Below are positions 1 to 13,784 of a stretch of 64,000 nt of DNA, one piece after another. How positions within the stretch are numbered: position 1 is the first letter of the stretch; every line of letters starts with the position of its first letter. The stretch spans positions 248,001-312,000 of the forward strand of contig NW_020845874.1 of assembly GCF_003704095.1 (NCBI RefSeq). Reading direction: 5' to 3'. The notes beneath the pieces are model-generated. The model did not search any database and had not been told where the DNA came from. It worked only from the letters and a program-made list of their open reading frames with translations. The translations under genes were made by a program, and so were the position numbers. The stretch is from Pocillopora damicornis. Its lineage: Eukaryota.

Positions 1-3000
1 CCAAGAATGACAGTAATGACCTTAGCTTCAGTTCGAATGACGCAACCTTCGCGCGCAGTTTACGTTAAAAGAATCCTTTAATGAATTGATCACACCGCCA
101 AGGAAATTAACGGCTTAGTTGCTATTGGTTCCCACCTTATATCGACCGACATTCCAGACTCCTTTAATAACACGACTAATTTATGGCAACGCCACAACAA
201 CAGACCCTCTCTTAGTGTTAGAGGTGTTTGATGAGTTTTATGCCCATTCCCTTTTAACAAGAAAGGTAGGTAAAAATAAAATTTGTTTATTGGAATGATT
301 TACACCATTTTCACTCCACTGTCCTAAAATTAGGGAAAAGCCTCAAGGGTTATAGTCTCAACAAAATGGCTCATGAAAAATCTTTTTTATTTTGGACTAA
401 AACAGGTCTATCCTGTTTAGTTAATTTGGCATCATAACATTTTAGCAGGCATGTCCTGTTCTTCAACTCCCATCTTATCATTAAGGAAAACATAGGGATA
501 TTGGAAAGTTAGAACTCTACCATCCTTTCATGAACATGTTCAAAAGTTTCCGCTCTGTCATGAAATGCACTATCAGAGTGATTGTGGCATTGATAAGTGC
601 TCTATTCAGTCACCGTGGTTGTCTAAGTGTGTCACTCTGACCTATTCAGAAATCAAGTTTTTTTGGATCAAATCACTTAGAGCCCTAACTCAGGATTATT
701 TGATAAAAATTGATCTTCTCTCAGGCTCCTCTAAGTGATAATGAGGCATGCCGTCATCGCGTATTAGGAAGTCCCACTTGAATTGCTGTCTTAGCTTTGT
801 AACTAGCGTCCATTTTCTAATTGGCCGATTTATAGACGGATGAAAGGAAGTTTATTTACCTGCTCGTAAATATTGCTTCATGTCGTAATTGCCTGTGACC
901 TAAGTTTAACTTTTTATTTGCCTCTTTTTTTTCCTCCCTTGGTTTGAGAGGATATTTGTCCGCGAACTTGACCTGTTCCGGGAAGCAAAACGGTTTTCAC
1001 AAACGAAGCTCGAGGAAAACTATGTGCTTTAAGCCAAATGGAGGCTATTGTGTATGCCATCCTTCAAATGATCGTGAAACACGGGGGATAAAATTTTTGT
1101 TAACAGCTTACCGTTTACTTCGTGGGATGTTCACTTTTCAGCGTTCTCCGGTACGATTTTATAGGCAATTACACCAGTTCCTTTGTTATAACAACAAAAT
1201 GCTCTCTCGTCTGAATTAAGTTCTAAACGAAGACTTTTAATTGTATTGGACATAATGTTTGAAAATTGAGGAATATCACTTGGAGTATATTAAACAGTTA
1301 TTCCATTCGCACTTGTTGGATAAACGGCCCAAAATATCGATAGATCTTCCCAAATTTATTTTTTAAGAACAAACGAAATGAAAAAAAACACTTACCACAT
1401 TTGTAGAGCATGTTGTAATGGCTTATAACCCATGATGGCTAAACCGAAGAAAAAACTTGAATTTCGTTATCTAATGATCCAGTTTTTAATAAAATGAGAT
1501 ATTCCTTAGTTTTAGTTGGGCCTGTGACGTGTTTAGACCGAGCGCAAATATTTGATGGACTTAAGTCATATCATATCAGGTCAAGATCTCTTGATCAGGT
1601 ACATTGCTACGTTTAAGATGGGATTGCCTTTTCTTGTAAGCCTTTACCAAGCAAACGGGAGGAATATTTAGAGAAGCGGTCAAAAATCATTGAATTACGT
1701 TAGATATTTGTCAGCTACTCTGCCGTGGACAGGCTCTTAAATTTGAGTACTGCGAATAAAGTAGTTTTATGTGTCTGCAAGGTTTTTCTATTTGCGTGAT
1801 TTGGGTAGACAGGTGCGTACACCTACCAGAATATTAATTTTAAACATAGTTGCGTGTTGAACGCTTATAATTGTTTGAGGTGATTACGCGGGACCCATTT
1901 CAAGTGAAATATAAAACTTTTAGTTTCTACTAAATAATGAAACAGTTTAGATTCTTTTGTTTTGCGGCCTAAGGACATAACGCTATTCTATCGAAAGTTA
2001 GAGAGCTGAAGGAAGATTATGTTGTGAAATACTTTCATATCGAGAAAACACGGTAATTGGAAAAAAAAAAACAATTCAGAGAACTTTGATCAAGACCATT
2101 GTTCAAAACTGAAACTTTGAACCTGGTTAAAAAAAGAGTTAAATATATTGTTTTTGTCTAAATCGTATCTCCATTGTGATTCTTTGTCATTTTATTATGG
2201 TGAGTAAGAAATTGAAATCAGAAATTATTTCTTAGAAACCCTAAGTCGAAACTAGCCTGCTACTACTAGACCTGGATAATTCAGATTAAATTTTAGATTG
2301 TGGTCTGGTTGAAATTATTGTAATGGACAATGGAGTCTATTTTGTTTCGCAATATAGGTTATTCTGTCTGTCAATCAGTTCTTTGGCAGATGGCATCATA
2401 GCATCTTTAGTTGTCCGCACCAGTGATATTTGCATAAGATTAAAGAAAGCGTCGTAACAACGGATTCAAGATTTGGCGAGCGCGTTTCAGGGTATAGCTG
2501 CTCTTAATAGGTGAGTGAGACAGCCATAACGAGTTTTCCTTCCTTCAGTGGTCTCTATCATTTTGACGAAGCATTCGCTTTGCGCTGTGTTGAACAGACA
2601 ATTAATTGAAAATTTGTAAAGTAGCTCGTGTTTATGATTTTATTGCCAAACAATTTTTCGAAATTTCGTTGCCAATGCTCGCCTAAAAGTTTCGTTATTC
2701 TGTTGCAAATGTTTCCAAGCTTGTGAAATAACCTGGCTGGGAAAGAGATCATGTTTATCTGGCCCCGGGAATAGTTGATCATTATGAGTCCAATATGACC
2801 TGATGTATTTATTTCTAGGCGTTCCGAATAAATTGAAAATTATTAAAAGCCGTTATTACCATGAGAAATACTTCGAATTGGGAATGATTTTGGTTCTGCG
2901 ATTTTGTTTCTACAATACCTTAAATGCAAAAGTCGACCTCTAAAGATGAAGTTTCACTATAGCTGTCACAAACGTTTCGTTTTGTGACGAGCATTCAAAA

Positions 3001-5189
3001 TGAATTTTCTGTCTCACTTTTATTAAAATAAGGTGGCCTGGAAAGGCGACGACCTGACAATATCACTACGTCATTTGAATTAGCCTTCGTAACAGAGAAA
3101 CGAAACTTCAAGTGTTCCACGTTGTACCGGAATAAGCATTTTAATTTGCTAGTTTGTTTGCGTTAAAATACCTCTTTCTGCTTTGTATAGTTACCTCCGT
3201 AACAAGTATTTCAGATTTGGTGATGCCAAAAGTCACGTTCGAACTGACATTAGTGACTGACATTTTCGCAATTTTCTTTCAAGAAGTCGCTATCTTAAAC
3301 TAGTTTTTTTATAAAACTTTATCTTTGGCAGCCACTTATGATAACAGATGGCCGTAATTTGCATGATGTATAATGAAAACAAAGACAAGTACAGCGTGTA
3401 AGTGATTAAAATTAAAAACCAGACACGTCAAATCGGGAATGCTTATCGAAAAAAATATCACCAGATTTTGAACAGGTCTAAATGCTGCTAGAGAAAAATC
3501 GAGTTAAATTAGCTAAAAGCTGCGATAACTTGGTCGTCTGAATTTGCTTTTGTGTTTGTCACCGCCCTGATGGCGGTCAAATGACTGAAAACGTTTTTGC
3601 ATCTGATCATCATTGCTTTTGAGTTTTTCCGACGATCATGCCTATTACTGAAATATTGAGTCTGCAGAAACGTTTTTCAAATATGTCAATTACAGTTTAG
3701 GAATAAAGCCGGTACAACTATTTATGCAGTCAATTTGTTTACAGTTGATCGTGTGGTCTGATGCCCAGGTGAGAGTAGCCATTAGGCAGTGTAGATGGAA
3801 AAAATATGAGAAGTTTTCAAGATACCTACCTGAATGGACGTGTAAGTTTTTGTGCAGGGCGATTTGTAACTAAGAACCCTTAACGATGACGAAATTTTCT
3901 CATGAAGATCACCCGAGAAAGACAGTTGTCAAGGAAGTTGAAAAGGGCTGAAGGGAAGTTGTACTCCCGCAGGTATTCTTGACAAATGTTGTTTGCGAAT
4001 GTAAAAGAGGTCAAATTTTCCCTGACAGGTGCTTTTGATAGAGAAAACTTGCAGGTGTAAATACGGCTTCGTTGATCTGGGCGGCTCCGTCAGTCAACGT
4101 GACAGCAACCTATCATATCCGTGTTAAGTTACAGGCATAACACATAGTTTGTCTTGCTGACCCTAAGTTATCATTTATTAAGTCATCATTCTTTTGAATA
4201 CAGCCCAGTTTCTGGTTAGATCCATCTTTTTAGCACTGTACTGCCTTATGCTAGCTGTCTAGTTTATTTAGGATTATCGCAATACTACTATAATTATTTT
4301 TGGAAAAAAGAAAAACATTACCTTTTTTTCCACCCATTACGGGGGCATTCATCAAACAGCAGAAACTAATTAAATGTTGCAAAGCTTATTTTTAAGTTTT
4401 AAGCATTCAGAGGAAAAAAATCAGGGTTTATTTCGCTATTTTTGTCACCTCCATGGACATAATAGTAGATGTTCAAGTCTAACCAGGTGCAAACTCTCCA
4501 GTTTTCTTATCTTAACGTAGTAAAGGGGCGTCTGCGGATCACCGTTAAGAGAATGTGGGCATCTTGCACCAAATAACAGTTTAAGACTGTGTACAGAGTG
4601 TTTGTATGCTGGATCAAAAATTTTCAGATTCGACTGTTTCAAGTTCTTTCTGGTAATAACGACTCTATTAACAATTGAATCTGCCATGAATCTGTAGAGG
4701 ATTACTTATAATCAAGGAGATCATGCAATGGCAACACTATTAATAGCAAAGCAAGGTTTTCTTGATGCAAATTTTGAGTGAATAATTAATTGCTTTAGAC
4801 CGCGTAACACACGATCGTCGAATTTGGAAAGATGGTAGATTTTTGTCATAGATCGTAAGAAATGAATTGAGCATCCTTTCCTCAGCTCGAAAGTAGCTGT
4901 AAGAAAGACTCGAGGTGCATAAAACAGGGCCAAAGTGCCTGAAAGAAAAAAAACTAAAAATGTGTCATATATTTTAAAATAAAGAAAATTGGCTGTATTT
5001 TGGCTGGAACGATAATTAGACTCAGAAAAGTACATTTAACTAATTGACCAATCGGATATATTGGAGACTGTCAGCTGTCAAATAGATATTAAATGTAAAA
5101 ATGGTAAAAGGAAAAAAGTTTAAAAAAATTACTGATACATCTTCCTGTAATCGCTGCAATCTGGTTTCTTTTCTTTTCAGAACTAAGTG

Positions 5190-8100
5190 ATGGAGGATTT
5201 AGAAACGCTACCAAAACGAAGGTAAGTTATTATTGCTGGGGCGGATGAAAAATAGTAAAACAGATGCTCACCACCTGAGAACGATAACTCGTCAAAAGTC
5301 TTATTCATGTTTTTTAGTGTGAGATCTTCTCTAACGCGTAGTCAATTCATCTGTCTAATAATTCGAGGCGGAATAAATATTGAATTGTGATCAAACTTTC
5401 ATTCCGTTTGAACAGAACTTTTAAAAAAAATTACCACCGAGAGATGATCTTATTGTTAAAACACACGCAACAACTTGCATAATAAAGGTATGAAGAGTTC
5501 GATTGAGTCTTTAGGACGCTCAACATTTTTTTTTGTGGCGAAATAGGTAAACCAAAACTGACATCACTTTGGGAAAAAAAATCTTTGGTGTAGAGTGCCA
5601 AGAAATTGACTTTGTTGTATCTCCCATCATTGACAGGAAGCTGAGTGATCCTGGAGATGCACCTTATGGTAAGTTTTTTTTTGTTTGTTTTTTTTTTATG
5701 CTGATAAATTAATAAAGTACTAGATGTCTTTTAATGTATAATTTTACTATTTTAAAGTGTCTATGACACAAATTTTTTTTGTATATTCCGGTTGATAGCT
5801 GTATTTAAAATTAGAACAAATCGACTTTAGCGCCTAGCGACCATTTTTTGTGCACTGAAAGTGTAATTTGGCGGCCAAAAAGTGTCCCCATCAAGTGCGC
5901 GGCTAAAACGATCAGTTACATAGCTGTGACGTAGAAAACGTCGGCAACTATGGTGGAGAAAGGAGAAATCTGGAAGAAAGGACGAACGCATTGCATGGTC
6001 GAAGCGCCAAATGATGTTAGGTACAAAAATAATATAAACATACCGGGTCTGATTTCTATACACTACTTTCCAAAGGAAGTAGCTGTATGGCCAAAATGGT
6101 CGCGTTTCGATCTTCGACATCGAGGAAATTTTATTCTTCAATGTCGTCTGCCTCATGTTCTTACCGGCTTCGAAGACGGGTGTTACGAAAACATGCCACA
6201 AGTCAAATCAGGGGAAGATGGCCAGTGAATTCAGCTAAAAAGAATGCTGATTAAGGGGCCTATTCCCACACGGCACACGATCGTTCAACATTCTTTTCGG
6301 CTGACATTTCGCAAGCGAAGAATGGTGAGCTTCTTATTGTTTATTTCACGTGCTTGAGATGTACTCATACTTCATCTCTTTCCTCTTGACTACATTTGCG
6401 CTTTTCTTATTGCATGAAAATCCTACCGATTTCAGTTTCCATCGTATTTTAATAACAGAAATACATCATTTGTAATAAAGTTTAAGCCCTTTCCTGAGCT
6501 TACCGATATCCTGTTGCGTGAACAGTGCGAAACCTCTAGCGGATACTGGCATAAACACCAGCTCGAAGGGGCCGTGTATTCTCCTAAACCTAGGTTTCCG
6601 AAATACATCCCACGAGCCATCAATTCCCCCTTGCCCTCAAGAAACCAAAGGTAGTAACAATAGCAAAGTCATTATGATGACAGCACTGCCCGATGACTTC
6701 TCGGCGAAAAATCATCGTGCATCGTGATACAGCTGATCCTTTCGTCAAAAGTTAGCTTTCGGTTTGCTAAGGGAAATACTCTACAGTAACGAAACTCTAG
6801 AGCACTGACTAAGGGGAACCTTCGCCGCACTCGAAGGAACGAAAATGTTATGGCAACACGGAAACGAACACAGCTACCCATTCTTAACATGTGTTTCGTC
6901 ATAGAAAAAAAAAACACAAACTCAACAAGCTGAACACTTTCAGTAACGGGAGTTGTTTGTTCTAATCTTGACCTAAACACCGCAGGCGAGAAACCGTCAT
7001 GGTCAGTCTTATTCGAAGTCTTCGTTTGATGCATGCGGTTCTCCTTCGTAGGGCTGAACCGTACTGGCAACTTCCATTTCTTCTTTTCTACTAGAGTACG
7101 ATGTATCAGAACTCTCGGTAGAGCTTGCTGAAGGTAGGTATACATCGCCATCGGAAATTATTTCAAGAGTATTTCAAAGCTGACTGATACAAAATTACAA
7201 CAGATGTGAGAGATTTGTAAGTGTCAACTGAGAGTTTCACAGTTTTCTACGTCATCACCCGCTTATTCATTACCAGTCCACGGGACACTTTTAAGACAAA
7301 ATAAGAGCACTTTGGGGCCCGAAAAAATTGAGTTTTAGGTTTTTGGAAATTTTTTCTTTTACCGGAATTGGTTTGTACAAATGATAAGCTAAATATTTTG
7401 GCCAAAAATTTCGTTTCATAAGCACTTTAACGTCCAGCTGGTGCCAGCCGCTGTTTGCATAATAGAGTTATAGAAAAAACTACTCATTGCCAATCTCTCT
7501 TATTTAACCTCTTCAACGACCATCTTTCAATATCGGTAACGGTACGAAGGTGCCCACAATGGGCATTTAATCATTGACTAACGACAAAAGATTATAAAAC
7601 AGGGTAACAAAAGACGGGAAAAGTAGATCAAGAAGCTAAATATTGAGCCTTAAGATGTCCGGAACGAAAACTCAACAAACCGAGAGACTTCCTGTACTTT
7701 CATTTTTTCCACACCATCAGTCTTAGGTTTCTTTTTTTTTTAATAATGATATCATTACTTTGAGTAAAAATCAGATATCATATTCACCCCAATCCTCTAC
7801 CTATAACGGTTATCATTATGTAGCGTCAACTTTCCTGTGTGTCTTAAAGGCCCATTTTCACCCTTGATGCAACGTGCGCCGCGACCCAATTTCCTGTAAC
7901 ACGAAACTCCCAGATTACTGAAAACCTTCTAAAATCGTCTTTCTCGAGAGCCATCCTGGACGTATAGTCGTCTGTTTTACGGTAAATACATTCGCCGTTC
8001 GTCATTTTATAGTTTCCTTACGGTATTTTGAGTTTTGTCCGGTTCGAATCTTTCTTAGCGGCTTGACCGCTTTGCTTGTGACTTAGCATTATCTTATTCT

Positions 8101-11100
8101 TTTTTTTGTTATAATCATCAGCAATGTGTTCCATCAAAAGGAGCTTCAGATAAAGGCATCCTTGTATAAAATTTTCAGTTTTTTTTCTTCGCCAAACAGA
8201 TCAGCCGCTCTTCTTGAATCGCGCGTTGAACTTGTATGACCTGAACACTGAGGTGTTACTGAGTCGAATTTTTAACTTTTTCAAAAGACGTGAGGTTTGA
8301 CCATTTCAGTTTCTCTAAGCGACCTAAAAGAACGGTGTTTCTTGGTGGAGATGAAATAAAATGGTTTTTGGAATGTACCTCTCCCTTTAAAAACATGCCG
8401 TACCTTTGCTAGCGGTAGTTTGTCGCGGTTTTATATCCCTGTCATTTATTGTAGTCTTCGTTATTGGTTTTTTTTATCTCCTTGCAATTTGATTGTCCAC
8501 TAACACATAATATGTGATAAAAAGGTCCAAGTGGAAAAGGTGCTGCTCCGCTGGTGGATGAGGCCAATGTTGAGGACGCAATTACCTGCCAAAAGCCGCA
8601 TAACGACGATAAAATCACACGGAACTTTAAGCGTGTTCACCCTGAATTCTTCAAATGCAATGGAAATATCATCGAACGCACAAGAACAGCGGACAGAAAG
8701 GAGAGTGATAGCACAAACGCACTGCAACAGGAAAATGCCCTGACTTTGTCAAAGATGGAACCAATGGAGAATGCGCGAGCTCCCAAGAGGAGACTGAAAA
8801 TAGTGCATGCGCACAACACGCAAGGTGAAGAAAACTACCTGAAGATATATTTGGTTTCAAACATCAATTTCAATTCCATTGTGGAAGCCTCCAATTTAAT
8901 CTATACAAGGTTGAGAATTTTTACGAATATATACTCAGCATTTTGAAAATATCCAACAATATGTTTCTTTAGAAAGAAGCAATGGAAACTCGTCAGACGA
9001 CCCGATAGTCACAGAACAGTATTCCCCCGAGGGTGTGTTTCCAAGTCCTCTCACGGAAGAGAACGTGCGCAATGTAAGTCATTTATTCAATATCATTGCA
9101 AATTGGCCCTCTCTAGCTTAAATGTACAAAATTTAGAAGTTAGGTGTTAAACGACTTCATTCTTTTCTTTCTTCATAAGGTTATCAAGAAACTGATTAAA
9201 GATCACACGAGGGAGGCAGCTGACAACGCTGATATTTTACGGGATAAAATATCCGCACTAGAAATTGAAAACAAGCGACTTAAGCATAGGGTCGTGGTCT
9301 TGTTCAGAGCGCTCAAAGAAGTACTTTCCCGTCGGAGGAATCAAGAGGTTTGACTACTAGTATACCTTACACGTGATTTTAAAAAGAATTGACACCTACA
9401 TACGATGCCTCTAATTTCACAACGTGGCAAATAACTTCCCAGGTCGATTTAGCATTATGAGCCGAACCTCACTCTGCTTTAATTGGTTATGGGTGGAGCG
9501 TCGGAAATTCTGTATCAGTAGTATTGCCTTCATTAGAATTTTGTCAATACTTTTGTTTGATCACCATTTATGACCCGTTTTTCGGACGGTTAAATAATGC
9601 TTCATATTTTCATTGTTGGTTTTTCCTTCCCTCCCTTTCCAAAAAAGCAACGATAAAACAATTGGAATTAAATGCGACCTTTCATCAATACATTTGTGAA
9701 TGCAACGTCGCTTTTGAATTAATTGCAAACGGTAATTCAGTGCGTGGTATTTTACGATTTTTCAGGTAATTCCGACCACTGTCCAGACAAGTTCGATACA
9801 GATGAAACCTTGCGTTCTAGCAAACAATCTTGGATCTCCACAAACATTACCCGGAGAGGTAATGCTTGCATCTCCCACTAATAATTGCGGTAAAACGGAT
9901 GTATCTAAATCCCGTGAGTTGCCTACCGATGTTTCAATCTACAATTCTCTGGCCCCTGTTACTGATGGAGTCGGTTCATTCCATCAGAGGTGTAAGTCAC
10001 CTAAAACTGTTGTTAGTGGACTTCATCCAGGGATATCCCATGATGCCACATCCCCTCCAATCCCAAAAAGAACACCAAATATCCACACCACCTCCTTGAA
10101 TGGTTCAGCTTTGAATTTCCCGATGAAATCCATCTGCGAAGAGAAGGCGTCTTCTTTTACTCATCCACCAACGTTCTCAACAACATTTTGCACAAATCAA
10201 GTTCAACATTCACATGAAAGTATGGCCCTAGCCAATCAAGGGTACTGTACAGTTACAACTTCTTCAACCAAAGCCGTTATGGTATCTAAAGCTATTCAGA
10301 ATACCGTGCCCCTTCTCACTCAAGTCGTAAATGAAATTGTGCCAAACACTGTGACAGAGATGCAAGACCAGTCTCACGTGACAACTGAACCTAAACTTTC
10401 CAAAGTTCCCAACGACTTCAAGGAGTCTCGGCTTTGCAGTAATGCTGAAATAGACCAAGTTCCCGCTAAAGTTTCTACCCAGAATGGAAGTACATTAGTA
10501 TGTTCTCCTCTTGACCAGAACATAAAATCGCACACTTGTAACGAAAGTTCCCCCAAGAGGCACAGGGAGAAGTTAGTCGACCAGCAGTTCGAAGATCTGA
10601 AGAGCTCGGAGGCAGAGAGCAAACAGGGGTATGAAAGGAAAAATGTCTTGGAAACCAAAACCAACGGATTAAAGAAGATATCGAGTCCTTCCAATGGGTC
10701 GCCTAAAATCAAATTCTTTCCTCAAAGCCTTCCCCGTGTTTCTCATGAATGCTGGAAGGGTGGTCTGCATACTGAGTCTCCAAGAACTGCCTCCATCACT
10801 TCACAGCAAGTTCCTTTGTCAAACTCTGAGTGCTCTTTTGTATTGGACATTCCCATCCCTGGTTATGGTGAAAGAAAAAGTACGCCATTAAAAGACGCTG
10901 GGCTAGGAAATGCAAATTCTTCTCCAAAACTTGGTTTAGTAAAATCCACTTCAGTCTTCACCCCAACACCTCAAAGGATAATACCTAACGGCAGTATTGA
11001 GGTTAACAGACCAGATCCGAGTCCGTACTTCGTTAATGACGACAAAGTAAACAAGGATAAGAAAGCAATGCATCAAACTCCTTATATGGTGGAAAAGTCA

Positions 11101-12540
11101 AGCTTGAACCTCCAATTACCTTCAAAAAGTTTGGCTGCTGTATCTAAACACTATTGCTACAGTCTTAATCATGGACAAGAGTTCTTTAACGGAACAGTAA
11201 GAACTGATGGTACAAAAACTGTTTCAAGTCCTTTGACTGAGAAACCAAAGTCATCAGCCCACGAGGAAGAGAGATCGAACACGGGCATTATTTTGCCAAA
11301 TTTCAAAAAAAGAATAAGTACCCATTCCCCAAGCGACCAACACACGTTTCCCCATCTGGAGAGAAGTGCCATTTCTCAAGTGACCGAAAGTTTCTCTAAT
11401 AAAAATTTAGCTGAATTCACGTCGGGTAGTACAAGGAAAGTCCGAGAGGCGCCTTCTTCCGCTAAACCAGGCAATTTTCACAACTTGCTTTCATCTGCCA
11501 AATTTTACAATGGGCGTGAGTGCAACCAGCACACAAGGCCATCCGAAGGCTCCACTACCAGCGGTTATCATGTTCCTGTCAAACCGAAGTTCTCTCCTTA
11601 TGCAACGAAAAGTACAAAACCAGAGAAACAGGTTCCTTTGATGGGGTCTAATGGGAGATTCGCCCCACCAGTGACCGAATTGCAGGCACCAGATCCACAC
11701 GTTGTGGCTCACATACCACAGTTTCTGAATGCTGAGGCAAAGTTCGCCAGGAATCAGTATTTCATGTTACCGATGAGGCATCAAATCGAGACTGCAAAAC
11801 GCAGTAGTAGAGAGTTGGACACAGAATTAGCAAGAATCTCTTGTTTGCCTGAGAATTCATCCGGCAGAGACACATTTACCGCTAACTGCCTCTGTTGTAC
11901 TAAGACGCACCTGAGTTATGACAAAGAGCGACTTCTGTTGCAACTTCTTGAATCCAATCGAGCATCGTTCATTCCACAGCGTACACCAAGGACCTATAAT
12001 AACTTTCCAGCTACAGACAAGCAAAACTTACTTAGCACTCGATCAGGGAATCCGGTTACACTGTCAAGTCATAACTCTGAAATAGGAAATCGTTACGTTA
12101 ATCTCCAGCCTCAAAACCATGCTAAAAATAGATTGAAAAAGCCTGCAAGACCGTCGTTATTCGATATCAGTAACGGAAAAGCAGACAGTGTAGTCTTACC
12201 TGGTAACCCTCCTTCAGACGTAGAAGGCTGCAAAGCGAGATCATGGGGAGCAACGTGTTCCTTTACACCTCAGTTGGAACTATCCAGTTCGTGCCAACGA
12301 TACCTCGATCGGCTCAAAAATTCTACTGGACTTCCAACATTATGTCAGCAAAATACTTTCCACTTAGATTCTACACCTACACCACATTTAGAAAGAGAAG
12401 CAATCAGTATGAATGAGAGTTTGCGTGCTTTCCCATTTTCCCCTCCGGGTAGTTTAATAACGCAAAAAAACAGTCAACAAAATGAGACTTGCAGTGAGCA
12501 GCAAGTGAATCTTAAATCACCAAACGCAGAGAACAGTTAA
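5190..12540 (+). CDS. ATF7IP-like paralog without the FN3 domain (~1135 aa). Exons 5190-5221, 5637-5668, ~8525-8824, 8973-9073, 9180-9347, 9766-12540
   Basis: GT/AG-bounded exons join in frame (phases 2,1,1,0,0). The N-terminus MEDLETLPKRR|KLSDPGDAPY|G and the coiled-coil exon VIKKLIKDHT...ADNADILRDKISALEIENKRL...LFRAL align with the downstream ATF7IP-like gene. The 912-aa S/P-rich ORF ends with no FN3. The exon-3 acceptor is weak (8525 or 8540, both phase 1). Confidence 0.75.
5950..6290 (+). pseudogene. Degenerate THAP zinc-finger (N-terminus of a Kolobok-type transposase)
   Basis: ORF 5950-6228 has HC...SIHYFPK...W..F...HR..F...FEDGCY. After the stop comes LKRMLIKGPIPT, which resembles the THAP C-terminal AVPT box. 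Some Zn ligands are lost. Confidence 0.65.
6430..7151 (-). pseudogene. Degenerate KolX-like (P2X7 C-terminal/nanor-like Cys-rich) ORF of the element
   Basis: Minus-strand fragments DGFSPAVFRSRLEQTTPVTE and VSALEFRYCRV...KLTFDERISCITMHDDF...RAVL resemble the EC.CC...CIT.H..F pattern. They are frameshifted and point towards the THAP remnant. Confidence 0.55.
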
Positions 12541-12840
12541 GAGAACGACATAAACTTCAGAAACCTCTCCGCTTCCGTTATCACCAAAAAAAAATTCATC
12601 AGTCCACACCAGCGGCAAATACGAGTCTAGGAAAAACAGTAATTCCCTCACATTCTATTAAAAACTCATCAATAAATGAAGAACATTCTCAAGAGCTCAA
12701 AACAAGACAAAATGTCAAAGCAAAGTTGATTGTAGAGAGCCGACACTGAGATAAAGATGTAAGCGGTGAGTTACAGACGCAGGTATCACGCCTTTTTAAA
12801 ATTAGCGTGCAAAAAACTGTTTTGTCGTACACGGAAAGAT

Positions 12841-13199
12841 TTAAGGCGGCCGCCCTCCGCACTTACCGGTTTCTCAATGAGTTTGAGAACGTAGCGGTCT
12901 TTTTTGTTCTCGGCTTAGCACACTATTCACAGCATAAAGGCGATTTTGGGCCCCGAAAACACGGTCGAGGGAGTATTTTGTTTTCCAATTTATTTCTACG
13001 TGTAACTGTTAGGGGCAGTGAGATTATTGAAAACCGCACAAAAATAATGGTGAGAATAATAAACTTTGCGTAAATTTTTAGCACATAATTCCCTTTTTTT
13101 TTTCTTATCAAGGATCAGATTTCAGAGTTAAACGGAGCTACGTTTTGAGTTGTTTTTAGTGTCCCAGAGAATCGCCTTTGTAGAAGTAGTCCTCCTTAA
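12841..13199. mobile_element. Short non-autonomous TTAA-flanked element (TTAAGG...CCTTAA, Kolobok/Crypton-like MITE)
   Basis: Left end TTAAGGCGGC, right end revcomp TTAAGGAGGA. About 360 bp with no credible coding content. Confidence 0.4.
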
Positions 13200-13297
13200 G
13201 TAAAATTTGGTATCATGGGCTGGCTCACCATTACTAGGGTAATTCAGTATTATCAACTGAGTCGATAACGTCAATTGGCCATCGTAAAGAGTTTCAA

Positions 13298-13333
13298 AGC
13301 TGACGTTTCGAGCGTAAGCCCCTCGTCAGAGCG
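13298..13333 (-). ncRNA. Minimal type-I hammerhead ribozyme motif of a Penelope-like repeat
   Basis: Minus strand reads GCU-CUGACGA-GGGGC-UUAC-GCUC-GAAAC-GUC-AGC: conserved CUGAnGA and GAAA boxes, stem II, GUC cleavage triplet and GCU/AGC stem I. A partial inverted copy follows (13350-13367). Confidence 0.55.
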
Positions 13334-13729
13334 ATGTCTATCGTCTATCGCTCTGAGGAAGGGCTAATATAAGGCGCATGACCAAAACCAAATTCTACAA
13401 TTCCCCGGAAACAGTAAAAATGGCCGACTATTCATATGGTAAACTTAAATATACATAGAAATAATAGATAAACATATAGGTGGTGCGACTTACATGAAAA
13501 CATTAAACTATCACACAATAACCAAACCAAGCTCGTGACCCTCCGAACATAACTGCAATCAGCTCAATGCCCTCTGCCTTATGTTCATTTCAGTATTCGT
13601 GCAACTAAAGACTAGAAGGAAAGTGAAGTTCGTTTATGTAAACTCGGTGGAAAACATGTTTATGTCTCAATCAGAAAAGCTTTGAGTTAAAAGAAATTTG
13701 ACTAATTTAACCTTGACTTTACGACGGCG

Positions 13730-13784
13730 GCCGATGAAGTTTTGCCGAGATAAAGCCGCTTTGTCTCGGCGAAACTTCGTCGGC
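13730..13784. repeat. 27-bp-arm palindrome/hairpin
   Basis: GCCGATGAAGTTTTGCCGAGATAAAGC-C-GCTTTGTCTCGGCGAAACTTCGTCGGC, with three mismatches, all T:G. Confidence 0.85.

Larger units (their letters stand above)
5752..7430. mobile_element. Internally deleted, decayed Kolobok-like DNA transposon in intron 2 of the upstream ATF7IP-like gene
   Basis: TTAA at both ends (5752-5755, 7427-7430). Imperfect TIRs TTAAAGTGTCTATGACACAAATTTTT versus revcomp TTAAAGTGCTTATGAAACGAAATTTTT. Subterminal inverted AAAAGTGTCCC/GGGACACTTTT. Convergent THAP and KolX-like remnants inside. Confidence 0.75.

Noticed and set aside
300-5035. Protein-like minus-strand fragments at ~300-900 and ~4445-4860
   Set aside because: Multiple stops, no recognisable domain and no exon chain. 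Possibly old relics, but not supportable.
9866-11712. Overlapping short ORFs within the 912-aa exon (likewise within 29427-31913 and 59278-60978)
   Set aside because: Expected by-products of long coding exons, with no motifs or splice support.
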